Below are positions 27,966 to 41,506 of a DNA stretch of 64,000 bases, in pieces. The translations under genes and the position numbers were made by a program. Numbering within the stretch: position 1 is the stretch's first letter; each line of letters begins with the position of its first letter. Origin of the DNA: Octopus vulgaris (taxonomy: Eukaryota); the NCBI GenBank assembly GCA_951406725.2, contig OX597816.1, positions 75,702,001-75,766,000 on the forward strand, in the 5' to 3' direction. The notes under the pieces were generated by a model. It was not told the origin of the DNA. It saw only the letters and a list, made by a program, of their open reading frames with translations, and made no database searches.

Positions 27966-28334
27966 GAAAATTTGAAGAAAGAAGAAAAAACAACAACAAC
28001 AATAATAATAGATCTTATTGTGTACAGCGCTCAGATTCACTACAGTGAAACGTATAGTGTAGTAAGTAAATACCCAAGATATTTTATCCGACATTCTATC
28101 AAATATATGGCTATAGTTTCAATGATTCAAGATTCAAATTGGATGAACGAGAAACTATTTTCGATTTGCTAATCTTTTTGTAAAAGTAAAAACAATCCGA
28201 GAAAACGAAACTTTAGGCAGAATAGAAAAATGATACAGGGGGATTTAACATAGAATTAATGTAAGCTTTGAAAAACAAAAATATTGCGAGATGTATAAAC
28301 CTGTACACAAAAATACACTCGTACACGAAAACAC

Positions 28335-28403
<69 letters not shown>

Positions 28404-28524
28404 AAATAAACACACACAGGCACATCATTACATCCATCCCTGTATACAAATGCACATATATGTATATGATGTGTACATAAATAAGTGTGTGTATGTATGC
28501 ATGAATGTATATCTATTTATCTAT

Positions 28525-28626
<102 letters not shown>

Positions 28627-28940
28627 GTATGTATGAATGTATGCATACTATTCCTGAGTTTTCCTCTTTGTCCATTTTTGTTTAAATTATGCAGATTACC
28701 TAAATCTGTACTACTCATTTTACATATGTCGAATTTCCTTGGCTAATGGACGAATACCACAGTTAATTTGCCTTTCAACGATGTATTTACATTAAGTATG
28801 ATATCTAGATGGTTAAACATATCTAAATATTATTTGAATATACATATATGATAAACAGGTGTAATGCACACACATATATAAGTAGGAAATAATAAAATTA
28901 AAAACTGCATACCAAAAGGCTTTGGAATTATGAAAATTTT

Positions 28941-29056
28941 ACTGCGAAAATTATAAGAGTAAAGAAATTTAGAATAAATTTTCTTCCTGGTGGCTAGTAT
29001 GCTAACCAACGGTAAGAAAATTTAGCCTAAATTTCTTTACCCTTACAATTTTCACA

Positions 29057-29058
<2 letters not shown>
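28941..29058. repeat. Imperfect palindrome of about 118 bp next to (TA)n
   Basis: actgcgaaaattataagagtaaagaaatttag pairs with ctaaatttctttacccttacaattttcacagt. Confidence 0.75.
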
Positions 29059-29104
<46 letters not shown>

Positions 29105-29118
29105 CTATATGCATACAT

Positions 29119-32100
29119 GATGGCCGTCCACTCGTGACCGAGGAAGACCATTGCCGACCTTCAGGAACATTGTGCGCTCTAGGACTAACTTATATTTTGC
29201 ATTTGCGGCTCCGTTGGTGGCTAATTAGCCCTGCTCTTGACAAGCATACACGACTGTAAACATTGCAGACCAAGCTTTCCCCATTCACTATACGAGCCGT
29301 GCGCTTTCGCACAGCTCGCTTAAGTTCTTCATGCTGGATACGTGCTCTCTCAAAAGTGTCGATCCCCTCCTTAACCTGCTTTCTCCATCTATGGCGATGA
29401 CAGGCATTGTTTTCCCAGTCAGTGTCCTGTATATCAAAAGCCTTTAACGAGGACTTGACACAGTCCTTAAATCGTAGCCTTGGTTTCTGCCGGAGTCTCC
29501 TTCCATTCACAAGTTCTCCATAGAGCATCTGCTTAGAAATCCTTCTATCCTCCATTCTAATGTGTCCTTTCCAACGCAACCGGTGCTTGTGTACCATCGC
29601 CTCAATACTCAAGGATCTGTGTGTCTGGAATTTTTGAGGTCCAGCCAACATTGAGAATGTGTCTGAAACATCTCTGATGAAAACGCTCAAGGACCCTTAC
29701 CTGACGTTTGTACAGAGTCCATGTCTCACATGAGTAGAGAAGCGATGTCAGTACACAAGCACGGTACACAGCAACTTTTGTTCTCCTTGCGATGCCATGT
29801 TGGGACCAGACACGAGACTGAAGAGACCGGAAGGAATTAGTTGCTCTCTGCAACCTGAAAGATATTTCCTCATCCAGGGAGCAAGAACGGCTGAGTGTGC
29901 TGCCCAGGTAGACAAACTTGTCTACTACCTTCAGAATTGTTCCTTCAACCAAGATAGCTGGTTCCATATATGGACTTCCTGGTGCAGGCTGGAACATTAT
30001 AACAGTCTTGTCCAGGCTAATGCTGAGTCCAAATGCCCTGCAAGAAGCAGAAATGCAATTCATGAGTATTTGCATGTCATCCACTGTATGAGTGACTAAG
30101 TAACAGTCATCTGCATAAAGGAGGTCACGAATAATAGACTGGGAAACCTTTGAATTGGCAGCAAATCGGCGAAGATTAAAGAGGCGGCCAGAAGATCGAT
30201 ATCTGACATATATTCCCAGAGAGCTAACCTTAGCAAAAGCATGAGTAAAAGCAGCAGCAAAGAACAAAGAAAAGGGAGTTGGGGCAAGGATGTCACCCTG
30301 CTTAACACCATTCTCTACAGGAATGGGTCCCGCCATGGTACCACCAACATTGACCCAAGCCTCCATCCCATCATGAAATGATTTAATTATAGATACAAAA
30401 TGATCCGGACATCCAAGTTTGCCAAGTATTTTCTATTTACAGTATCAAAGGCCTTAGTTAAATCAATGAATACCTGGACAAGATCCATATTCTGCTCATA
30501 GCACTTCTCCTGCATCTGTCTTGCTGTGAAAATCATATCCATTGTCCCTCTACCAGATCGGAAGCCACATTGAGATTCAGATAGGACATCATTTACGAGA
30601 CACCCATTCAGACAGGTAAGAAGAATATTTGCCAGAACCTTGCCAGCAGCTGATAGCAGAGCAATACCTCTGTAGTTACCACACATTGTTCTGGCTCCTT
30701 TCCCTTTATATTGAGGAAGAATAATTGCATCCTTCCAGTCTTTAGGGATTGCACCATCCCTCCAGACTGCACTAATAAGTTCATGAAGGGACTGTGTGAT
30801 GCAATTACCACCAAATCGCAAAACCTCAGCACAAATTCCATCCTTTCCAGGTGCCCTACCAAGATTCAATTTACTTATTGATGTCATTACTTCATGTATT
30901 GATGGCGAGGAGTCTAAGGAGTCAATGATAGGTCTTTGTTTCATAGTATCAATCACTGTTTCATCCACAACTCATGGTTTAGGAGTTCAGAGAAGTGTTC
31001 GATCCAGCGACCTGTGATTTCTGTTGATTTAGTAAACAGAGTGGAAGACTCCTTGGAAAGCAAAGGAGCTGATGTGGAGCTCTTAGGTCCATAAGCTCGC
31101 TTCATAAGATGGTAAAGCTTCTTGCTGTCATTTGCATCAGCAGCAGCCTGAACATCACGAGCAAGATCCCCCCACCAAGTGTTCTGCATCTTCCTGAGAG
31201 ATCGCTGCAGTAGTGATTTTACACTGTTATAGTGGGCAAGTGCTAGACTTCGCTGCACAGTAGACAGTTCTCTGTGCAGCAACACACTGTGGGCATGGCA
31301 CTTCATCACTAATAGTCGTTGAATTCCAGCATCATTCTCATCAAACCAGTCTCTGTGTCTGGCAGTAACATACCCAAGTGTTTCGGCTGCACATTGAACA
31401 ACCTGGTCTCGAAAATCTTCCCATGCTGCAGCAGTTTCAATGCTGGACAAGCGAGTCTGAAGCTCTTTCCTAACCACAACATCATATACCTTGTGGACAT
31501 TTAGACGGCGGGGAATGCTTACTGGTCCTCTTCTCTCTTTCACCCTAATCACCATTCGAAACTTTACTCGCGACCCATGCAAGGACTTGACATTACAAAT
31601 GTCATAAATGTCGCGCTTGCGAATGATGACGTAATCCAGCAAGTGCCAAACTTTGGACCTTGGATGCATCCATGTTGTTGTGTGATCATCTTTGTGCACA
31701 AAATGAGTACTTGCAATGTATAGTCCATGTTCTTCGCAAAGCTCCAACAGCATGAGACCATTGCTATTCATTTTCCCTACTCGAAAACGTCCTAGAGAGT
31801 TCCATGTTTGCCAGTCTGTTCCAACTCTGGCATTAAAATCCCCCAGTAGAATGACTTTATCAGAATTGGGGATTTTTCTAAGTATGGCTCTCAGCTGGGT
31901 ATAAAAGATTATTTTATCTTCATCACAGCTAGTCAAAGTAGGTGCATAGGCACTTATTAGAGTAGCAAACCGCTTACCTTTCAAGTGCAACCGTAGGGTC
32001 ATTATACGTTCATTTATAGGAACAGGGAGCTCTTCTAACTTCTTCAGGATATCAGATTGGATTGCAAAACCAACACCAGCCTCTCTGCGCTCCTCCTTCT

Positions 32101-33236
32101 GCCTTCCTTTCCAAAAAAAGGTGTATCCGCCTCCTACTTCCTCAAGCTGACCATCACCTTCTATACGAGTCTCTGAGAGTGCAGCTATATTAATTTTATA
32201 AAGGTTCAGCTCACGAGCAACAAGTGCAGTGCGTCTTTCAGGCCTGCAATCATTCCTGTTGTCCAACAGAGTACGCATATTCCAACATGAAATGTTGAAG
32301 TTCCGTCCAGATTTTATAGATAAAAGACTCTTTGTTTATCGAGCGCAGGGTGGACATCGGTCAGTCGCGCTAAACTGACCAGATATGGGAAGACAGGCAA
32401 TTTTTGGTTCACCTTTTCTAGAACCTCCCCGGTCTCCAGGTGAGCAGTGCCCTCTCCAAATGGAGCTGCTCAGACACCCATGCAGCAACCGAATCCTACC
32501 GCTGTCTTGGGCGACAAGGAGACGACTTTATATCTAGCATGGGCCGCCTACGTGCAGGTCGCTGACTACATGCTTCCAACCCGTCAGGTCTGGATGCTTC
32601 ACCACCTTCCCATCGCCGCAGGACTTCCGAATTGAAAAAAAATACTAAAAATGAAGAAAATATATACTAAAAATAAGATAGATATATATATATGTAAAAA
32701 AAGAGGTCGGCAATGCCTGTGCAGAGTTTTAGGTCCAATAAGGCTTGCACAACACCTCACAGACCCTCTCCACTCTATTGACATTATCCAGAGACAAGTC
32801 GGAGCAAGATGTCTGGTGCCAATATGAGTCGCAGGCTCAGGGATGTGGGAGCGCCGTGATCTCTAGCACAAACCAAAGATCCCCAAAATGTTCAATGCCA
32901 TTCCCTGCATATCTGGTTTTATATCAGAGTGACCTTCTCCTAGAGACGTGCTTTAACAAAAGCTGAGGGGCGCCTCACTCCCAGTGGTCTTTCAGCACGC
33001 CGGGCACCACCCCGGAATTTCTACGTACCCGTGCTAACTTTTATTGGATGGCCGTTGACTCTCAAGAGGTCCTCCGCCCTTTGACGGGTTTTGTTTTTCA
33101 TCCCGCAGGGTGTCCAATAAACACCCTCCTCACCAAGCAAGCTCGGTGGGGTTGCCGGTTTAGTCGCCGACGACCCGACCATGCAAAAGGTTGTACTGGG
33201 TTACATGTTACCAGTAGCACTCGAAGGTGACCTGAC
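29119..33236 (-). mobile_element. Full-length RTE/BovB-type LINE (about 4.1 kb) with 12-bp TSD
   Basis: TSD ATATGCATACAT at 29107-29118 and 33237-33248; 5' UTR of about 880 nt, APE-RT ORF, short 3' UTR. Confidence 0.92.
29190..32358 (-). pseudogene. RTE ORF: AP endonuclease, reverse transcriptase and C-terminal zinc finger, broken by several frameshifts
   Basis: WNMRTL, RPERRTALVAREL, ALSETR, YAPT, GDFNARVG, LDY; QCGFR, FIDLTKAFDTV, GVKQGDILAP, YADD, YLGS; C-terminal CNVY...GLISHQR. Split across four ORFs in the track. Confidence 0.92.
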
Positions 33237-33266
33237 ATATGCATACATACATACATACTTACATAC

Positions 33267-33341
<75 letters not shown>

Positions 33342-33399
33342 TATATATACACACACACACATAATTACCCAAGCGATAATTATCCGGGAGTAGTTTTCC

Positions 33400-34320
33400 T
33401 ATGACCAGTACTGGTATAATTCTACTCGCTAAAAGGAGGGTTAGGCATGCCGTGCTTGATGATGCGCAGACACGCGCTGAGACTGTGACATTTCCGGCCC
33501 TACGTAGACGACGGTGAGCAGGTGTGGTCGCCGTTTGTGAAGCACCCTTTTTCCGCAGCTCGTCTCCATGACCTTGAGCGACTGCATCACCACGAAAGCA
33601 TTCTATAGGGGATTAGTGGAGGGGAGGTATGATGACGATCTCGGGGCGAACTTGGGCGTCGACGAGGAATACCTGACCCGCATGTTCAAGACAACTTTCG
33701 GGCCGGGACCTATGGACAACTTCTAGAGATCCCTGGCCTGGCAGTGCTATCGAAAAGCGCTACCCGTTCGGGATAAGCACTACGAGCATGGCTCGAGAAA
33801 CAACCGGCGGACCTGCCCGAGATGCGGTCAGAGCGACGAAACCGTTCTGCACGCGCTCATGCAGTGTCCAACTATTTCCGACCTGTGGGCTTATGTCGAA
33901 AGACTCATTTCTTTATTGCTCACAAGGGATTGAACAAAGAGGGACAAACAAGGTCAGACAAATTATGTCGAAAGACTGCTATCGCGTGTGGGATGAGTAG
34001 ATTTATCTGCCAAATCTATCGTAAATATTGTCGCGTCTCATTTCTTCAAACGGGAAGTAAGAGCCATTTTTATCGTACTTGTTGCTATGGCGAAAGAATG
34101 TGTATGGTGGATGCGTCTGAAAGGCTTAGAAACAAACAATTTCGTCTCTGGTCAATCTTTCATCAACTTCTTCAAGTATCACTTGAATAGGAAGGGGAGG
34201 GTAGAGTGGGAAGTATTGTCTGGCGAATGCTTCAAGAAAAGATGGGTGAATGTAGCAAGGATGGCACGTGCAAATGACGGAACTACCTTGAGCATAAACC
34301 TATGAACAAAAAAAAAAAAA
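33400..34320 (+). mobile_element. L1/Tx1-clade LINE ORF2 3' fragment
   Basis: KGGLGMP, ALPVRD, CPRCGQSDETVLHALMQC (zf-RVT-type knuckle), AKECVWWMR; the stop is followed by poly(A). Confidence 0.75.
33906..33962 (-). mobile_element. 57-bp tail-only SINE family A insertion with 15-bp TSD
   Basis: TSD ttatgtcgaaagact at 33891-33905 and 33963-33977; the insert matches tail type 1. Confidence 0.85.
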
Positions 34321-34916
34321 GAAACGAAAAAAGACAGTAACTTACTGTTATGTGTTTTTGCATGACATAATTGCCCGAGGTTACCGTGGTCTTTTCCGTA
34401 GGCTTTTCTATCCACGAACAAACCTGATCTGTTTCTTACATTTATGATATTTTCTGTGATACACAATCCCTTTTGGTCGGCATTTTTTTTTCATGATCCT
34501 TTTTGATCGGAATTTTATTTTTCTCTCTTTTTTCTTCTTTTTTTTTGCCTGTCGGTCTGTCTGTCTGTCTGGCTACGCACAAATAATGTAGCACCATCAT
34601 TTAAAGTTGTACTCTCTGCCTGCAACATCTAATGATGTCGATATCGAGATATGTTGATTCGTATTTAATAGAGCACTTCCAATTAGTGTATAAAACCCAG
34701 AGGAATTATGATCCGGCTGTCTACAGTTTTTATTATTTATAATAGTAAAACCAATACTGTTTTGTTAGTGTTTCTTCACTGATAAATATTTACATAATTA
34801 CCATAAGATGTAATATACGAAAGTATGTAGTTCTAGCTCAACTCAAATAGAGTATAGAAATATTTGGTATTTGTCGCTTCTTAAGAACATGCTCGTCTAT
34901 GAGAAATATTATCTCT

Positions 34917-35250
34917 GGTTCTAGGACAACTGCTCCCAGACAATAGCACTAATAGAGCAGCTGTTCTCAGGTGATTAATGCATTGGACAATTTCTACAAT
35001 TAAGTAAACAATCAAGGAGTGTCTTTGTGGTATGAAGTTTACTTTCCAATCACATGGTTCTCGGTTCCGTCTCCGGCACTTTGGGCAGATGTTTCCTACT
35101 ATAGTTCCAGGCCTACAAAAATAGGATTTGATAGACGGAAACCGAAAGAAGCTCGTCGTAAAACTACCTCCCTCCCTCCCTCCCTCCCTCCCTCCCTCCC
35201 TACCTACCTACCTACCTACTTATTTATCCTGGGAGCAGTTGTCCTGATAC
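34917..35250. mobile_element. Inverted-repeat element enclosing a SINE family B 5' fragment (35020-35160)
   Basis: 17-bp inverted repeat aggacaactgctcccag (34923-34939) and ctgggagcagttgtcct (35229-35245). Confidence 0.55.
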
Positions 35251-35639
35251 TTCACCTACGTGGATTTTAACATATATTTTAACCAAAGAAGCAAAGCTTT
35301 TGAGTTTAAGCTCTTGCAATATAGGTTTTTCTAACAACGACTACGTGGATTGGTAATTTGCTTCATAATATATTTTGTTCAACTATACAGAAACTCAAAT
35401 GTGAGTCGGAGGCTTTGTAAATAAGTTTAGAAAGATATTCATAGATAATTTTGGAAGTTTATGGAATTCAAGTTGTTGAATTTAAGCAGTCGCTCTAGCA
35501 TTATTCTATAATATTTTCTATTCTGCACATGCTCGATATAATACAGGTATTTTGATTTGCATCTCGAGCGATAATTTATTCAGTGTTATACTTTGTATAT
35601 GTTGCCTCTTCTGTTTTTAATTATTTTAATTCTTCCCCT

Positions 35640-36430
35640 GAGGAAGGAGCTGGTTTCTAACAAAGATGCAAAGCTCCGTTGTTGAAATGTAGATAACAAA
35701 AACGAATTCACAAGTCTTGCATACTTTTGCTTTTTCACTTACAGATTGTATTTGTAATGTGCGAATTAGTTGTTTGAATTATTTTTGTGAAAACCTTAGC
35801 TTATCCAGATTACTACTTAGGCATTTACTCACAAAATCAAGTGAACCAATTATTATTGATATACTTGTGGATTTATAATCTGGATAGAAACGCTGAGGTT
35901 TCAAAACAGTTGTCAGCAGTTATCCCCCTTCCCATTGCTTTTCGAAGAGATATTCGCATCAGGAGGGCAGCTGACCTGATGACGGTATGTACTTTTTCTT
36001 GTAAGGCGGCGAGCTGGCAGAAACGTTAGCATGCCGGGCCAAATGCTTAGCAGTATTTCGTCTGCCGCTACGTTCTGAGTTCAAATTCCGCCGAGGTCGA
36101 CTTTGCTTTTCATCCTTTCGGGGTCGATTAAATAAGTACCAGTTACGCACTGAGGTCGATATAATCGACTTAATCCGTTTATCTGTCCTTGTTTGTCCTC
36201 TTTGTGTTTAGCCCCTTGTGGGCAGTAAAGAAATAGGTATGTACTTTTTCTTGTGTGTCCCAAACAATTATATCCGGCCTGTCATTACATTTGACAGGAA
36301 CTTTGGTGGGAATGTTCCACCAATATTCCTTGTGTTGAGGTTTGTGTATGTATTTAATAATGGGTGGATGATCTATATTTTTTCTAGGGCAGTTTTTTTT
36401 CGGAAATCCCACGTGCGCTGTCATTACCAG
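35640..36430 (-). mobile_element. REL-endonuclease LINE 3' fragment (second family), split by a SINE
   Basis: KEYWWNIPTKVPVKCNDRPDIIVWD; homologous to 56590-57480 and 60700-61105. Confidence 0.7.
36003..36235 (+). mobile_element. Full-length SINE family A, tail type 1, with 19-bp TSD
   Basis: TSD ggtatgtactttttcttgt at 35984-36002 and 36236-36254. Confidence 0.92.
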
Positions 36431-36524
36431 AAATATGACATAATCTACATTTTTCGGTTGTATGTATGTATGTATGTATGTATGTATGTATGTATGTATG
36501 TATGTATGTATGTATGTTTAGTTT

Positions 36525-37404
36525 GGACATGTTGTAATGTTCCGGCCTGCACTAGGAAATCGATATGTGGAACCAGCTATCTTGGTCGAAGGAACAATAC
36601 CGGAAGTGGTAGACAAGTTTGTCTACCTGGGTAGCACACTCAGCCGTTCATGCTCCCTGGATGATGAAATATCTTTCAGGCTGCAGAGAGCAACTGATTC
36701 CTTCCGGTCTCTTCAGTCTCGTGTCTGGTCTCATCATGGCATCACAAGACAAACAAAAAATTGTGTACTGTGCATGTGTACTAACATCACTCCTTTACTC
36801 ATGTGAGACATAGATGCTTTACAAACGTCATGTAAGGGTCCTTGAACACTTTTATCAGAGATGTCTGAGACACATTTTGAATTTTTGCTGGACTTTAAAA
36901 ACTAGACACACAGGTCTTGAGGAAAGCTGATATCTTGAGGCAATGGTATACAAGTACCGGTTACTTTGGAATGGGCACCTTATAAGAATGAAGGATAGCA
37001 GGATGCCTGAGCAGATGCTATATGGGGAATTTATTAGTGGAAAGAGACCCCGGCAGAAACCAAGGCTGCGATTTAAGGACTCATTAAAAGCCTGTGATAT
37101 GCAGGGGACTGATTGGGAGAGCAATGCCTGCCATCGTCACAGATGGAGGAAGCAGGTTACGAAGCAGGGAGGGGCTCGTCACTTTTGAATCTTCATGAAG
37201 AATTTAAGCCTATTCGCATGAAGAATTTAAGTGTGCTGCCCGAAAGCGCACTGCTGGTGTAATGAACGGGGAAAGCTTAGTTTGCAATATATGCTTGTCA
37301 AGAGCAGGGCTCATTAGCCATCAACGGAGCTACAAATACAAAATATAAATTAGTCCTAGAGCGCACAATGTTCCTAAAGGTCAGCAATGGTCTTCCTCGG
37401 TCAT
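36525..37404 (+). mobile_element. 5'-truncated copy of the same RTE family as 29119-33236
   Basis: EPAILVEGT..VVDKFVYLGSTLSRSCSLD, RQKPRLRFKD, and the same 3' UTR (ctagagcgcacaatgttcct...tcttcctcggtca). Confidence 0.92.
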
Positions 37405-38009
37405 GTATATATATGTGTATATTTGTATGTATGCACACATATATGTATGTATGCATGCATGCATGTTTGTATGTATGTATCTACCCATCACTCTATCTAA
37501 GCCATCTATATACATAGGTATTACTAAAATAACATTGTGTGTCTTTTCATCTTCACTGTTACCTTTAACAATCACTTCTGACATCATTTGGGAAAGAAGT
37601 GTGTGCGTGTGCCGCGTGTTCGCGTGTGTGCGCGCATGTTATTAAGAGAGGTTTGTCTTTTCGTAGAAATTATATAACAAATACTTTCGTGTAATTTTCC
37701 TTCCCTAAATTCATACACAGTATAAGATATTCTATCACCTCTGAAAATTATTTATTCTTCTTACACTTCGCTATTCTTCTCTCTTGAAGATATTTGATTT
37801 TTGGCGAGGAGTATTTTTTGTCTTCCAAAAAGAAAAAAAAAAAAGAAGAAAGAAACTGTTTTATTACACCCAATCCCTGTCATGAGTCATGACAAAAAAG
37901 GAAGGCAATTGTATTTTAACCGACAATACACTGTTAAACGGTATAATTAACTATTATCACATGCTGTAGTGCCTATTAAGAAAACTTTGTGTTTCTTTAC
38001 ATATACGCA

Positions 38010-38094
<85 letters not shown>

Positions 38095-38869
38095 GATACA
38101 GAAGGAATATTAGAAAGTAAAAATATGGGATCAAAGATAAAGACAAGGACTAAAAGCAAAAAACAGTGACTGAGGAATGAAAGGGGAAAGATGAAAATAA
38201 AAAAATATAAGAAAGAGCGGTAGTAACATGGATGAAAGTAAATGTTGCGCGCTAATGAAGGCATTCTTTAGTGAATACGCGAAGAGAAAACAATACCAGG
38301 AGTTTGCAATTTGTGGTGATATTGAAGACATAACTATGCGAATTTATTAGAGACCAAGTACTGTAAATGAAAATGGTACAAGTTCTAAGAAATGCATATG
38401 GAAAAAAATATGTTCGCTTAGAGAGAAATGTGGATCATCTTTCTACCGCTCCTCATTGCTTTGTTGATAATGACAATGATGACAACGGCAGCGACGAAGA
38501 TGATGATGATGATGATGATGATGACGACGACGACGAGGATGATGTTGATGATGATGAGAAATCGAAGCAAGTTGTGAAGATGGTTTTATATGTTGTATGA
38601 ATGTGATCGATTTGTTGTGAATAGATAGCTAAATCTGGCTGAACTTTAAAAAAAATTCTAAGTTTGAAGTTTGTATAAATAAAATAAAACAACTTCTTCT
38701 ACCTCAAATTATTGGAATTATATTGTTTTATTGAATTTAATTCGAACCATCTATGGATATCATACAAAAAGAAAAAAAAATATTCGCAGCTGCAACCTAG
38801 CATTAGGCTTGTAAAAGGGATATATTATTATATTATCTATATGTTTCTTAGTACTTTTGTTATTTTTAA

Positions 38870-38912
<43 letters not shown>

Positions 38913-38976
38913 TTTCATATACAGGTATACACAAATACATATATATGTATATATGTGTGTATGTATGCGCGTGTGT

Positions 38977-39032
<56 letters not shown>

Positions 39033-39646
39033 ACGTGTGTATGCATGTATATACCTATTTATATATCGTAATCATTCATCGCAGAATGAATAAATAACCA
39101 AAACCGAAAAACAAAGCAAAACAAAACGAAATATAACAACAATAACCCACCTTGTCGATAAATGAAATAACCGAAATCTCGTCCCCACCAACAAATCTAC
39201 AAATTATTGTTTGAATGTTTACTGAAGTCTGACTAAGCATTTACAGTAATTCTGGAAACATTGGATAATATCTATAAGTATTTATATATTAGGGTTTGCA
39301 AGTTCGTATAACTTTATAACTTCATAATATATCGCTGACAATACTGCTGTTTTTTAAAGCCTACTATTCATGAGTTCCTTTGTATATGAATATCTGTATA
39401 CATGTATGTATGTATATGTATATGCATATGTATTTATGCTATATATGTGCATAAATATGTATGTATAAGTAGATACATATATATGTATACATACCTATAT
39501 TTATATAAATATAAGCATGTGCATACTTACATACACACACACACACACACGCACAGAATAAATTCAAATAAACGAGTAAAATGAACGGACTACAAGAGGA
39601 TGTGCATAAGAAATGCATTAGCTTGACACTCGGTGAAAGGAGAGAG

Positions 39647-39678
39647 TTTGACGTTTCGAGCATAGCTCTTCGTCGGAA
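39647..39678 (-). ncRNA. Minimal hammerhead motif (U4C) in a PLE-like remnant (about 39555-39680)
   Basis: tt-CCGACGA-a-GAGC-tat-GCTC-GAA-AC-GT-C-aa; stem I is weak. Confidence 0.6.
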
Positions 39679-40124
39679 TGACCTAAATTTATAGATACGT
39701 TACTAATTCTGGTAACAACTATTATCTTTTACGATAGATATTCTTCAATTCATCGACGATGAAACTGGTAACTACTAATATCCGTTTTTAAGGATTTTCC
39801 TTAATTTTTTTTCTCAAAAGACAGATTGACTAATATGGAAATATTTGCTCAATGGCTCTTGCATCATATGCAGAGCTATTCTAGAAACAGTTGTAAGAGA
39901 CTTTACGCATTATTTTTTAATCCCTCATTCACTCTACCAACTCTGCACTTACGTTTGAATTATAAATTACACACTCTAAAGTGATACCACGCACACACGT
40001 ATCCTACCCCATAAACATAAGCCACAGGATCCTACACCAGTCCCACCTGCATACCGTTTCACATTAAAGTCAAATCCAGATCCCTTTCAATTATCTCAGT
40101 TTGAATTTCAAACGAAAAAAAATC

Positions 40125-40830
40125 ATCAGGACTTCCAGGAGAGGCAAGTTATATATAATGAATCGCCATATCTGTCTTTTGTTGTGCTGTCCTGATACAT
40201 TCACTCCAACCTAATTATTTACTTTACGTATATTTACAATTTAGCTTCCTTCTTCCTCTCTCTACATTAATTTTGTCTTCTATTAGCGATCTCTGCAACC
40301 CATTTTTTTTCCTAATTAAGTGTCCAGAATATTTTGGTTTTCTTTCTTTGCTGGTATCTAATAAAATAGTGTTTTTTATTATTTTTAGTACTTCATCATA
40401 TTTTGTCATGGAAAGCCTTCTGTATACTCAAATCTCAAAAGCTCCTAATCTATTTGATAATACTTTTGCTACTGTCCATGATTGAATCATACAAAATATT
40501 TCAATAATCTTCTTCGTCTGCGATTTGAATATTTACTATGGCTGACATCTTCTCAAACGACTTTCCGGCTAGCTCAATCTTTCTTTTGATTTCCGTTTCG
40601 TATTTGCTGTTTTCTGATTGCATACATCCCCAGTATGTATCATTAATGTTGGTTCAATGAACTTTCCCGCAACTGTAATGTTTGCTTTTTTGATAACAGT
40701 TGTCCCTTGTTGGCTACGAAGTTTTTGCTTTCTTTATATCAATTTCTATTGATAATAATAACATTTCTTTTGTCATTAACTGAAGTCAAAAGGTCATCTC
40801 TGCCGAAAGTTAATAAGATAGTATCGTATG
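40125..40830 (-). mobile_element. Decayed RTE-clade LINE fragment (different family)
   Basis: ETEIKRKIELAGKSFEKM, AFEI*VYRRL, KYSGHLIR...ERGRR. Confidence 0.7.
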
Positions 40831-40897
40831 CATAGTTAAAGTAGTTGATGTTCCTTTTTCTTTACCCTAATGCATTCATATATACATACATACATAC

Positions 40898-41039
<142 letters not shown>

Positions 41040-41273
41040 ATACATGCATACATACATACACAAACACATGTATGTATGTATGTGTGTGTGTGTGTGCGTG
41101 TTCGTGCGTGTGTATGTATATGTATAGATATACATGCGATTTTCCTGCTTCAAAATCACTTTTGGCCGCAAAATGCACTAAAATAATCTAGTCACTAAAA
41201 CTTTCTTCATAAAAAAACCTCTACGTAACATACAAAAACCTCTACGAAAACCTTTATACAAAATCCTCTACGA

Positions 41274-41506
41274 AAGGCGGCGAGCCGGCAGGAACGTTAG
41301 CACGCCGGGCCAAATGCTTAGCGGTATTTTGTCTGCCGTTACGTTCTGAGTTCAAATTCCGCCGAGGTCGACTTTGCCTTTCATCCTTTCGGGGTCGATT
41401 AAATAAGTACCAGTTACGCACTGGGGTCGATATAATCAACTTAATCCGTTTGTCTATCCTTGTTTGTCCCCTCTATGTTTAGCCCCTTGTGGGCAATAAA
41501 AAAATA
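41274..41506 (+). mobile_element. SINE family A, tail type 1
   Basis: Full head, body and tail; flanked by aaaacctctacg repeats that probably include the TSD. Confidence 0.9.

Noticed and set aside
38367-38600. Acidic poly-Asp ORF (similar ORF at 47244-47537)
   Set aside because: Explained by a (GAT)n/(GAC)n microsatellite, with no supporting domain or splice evidence.
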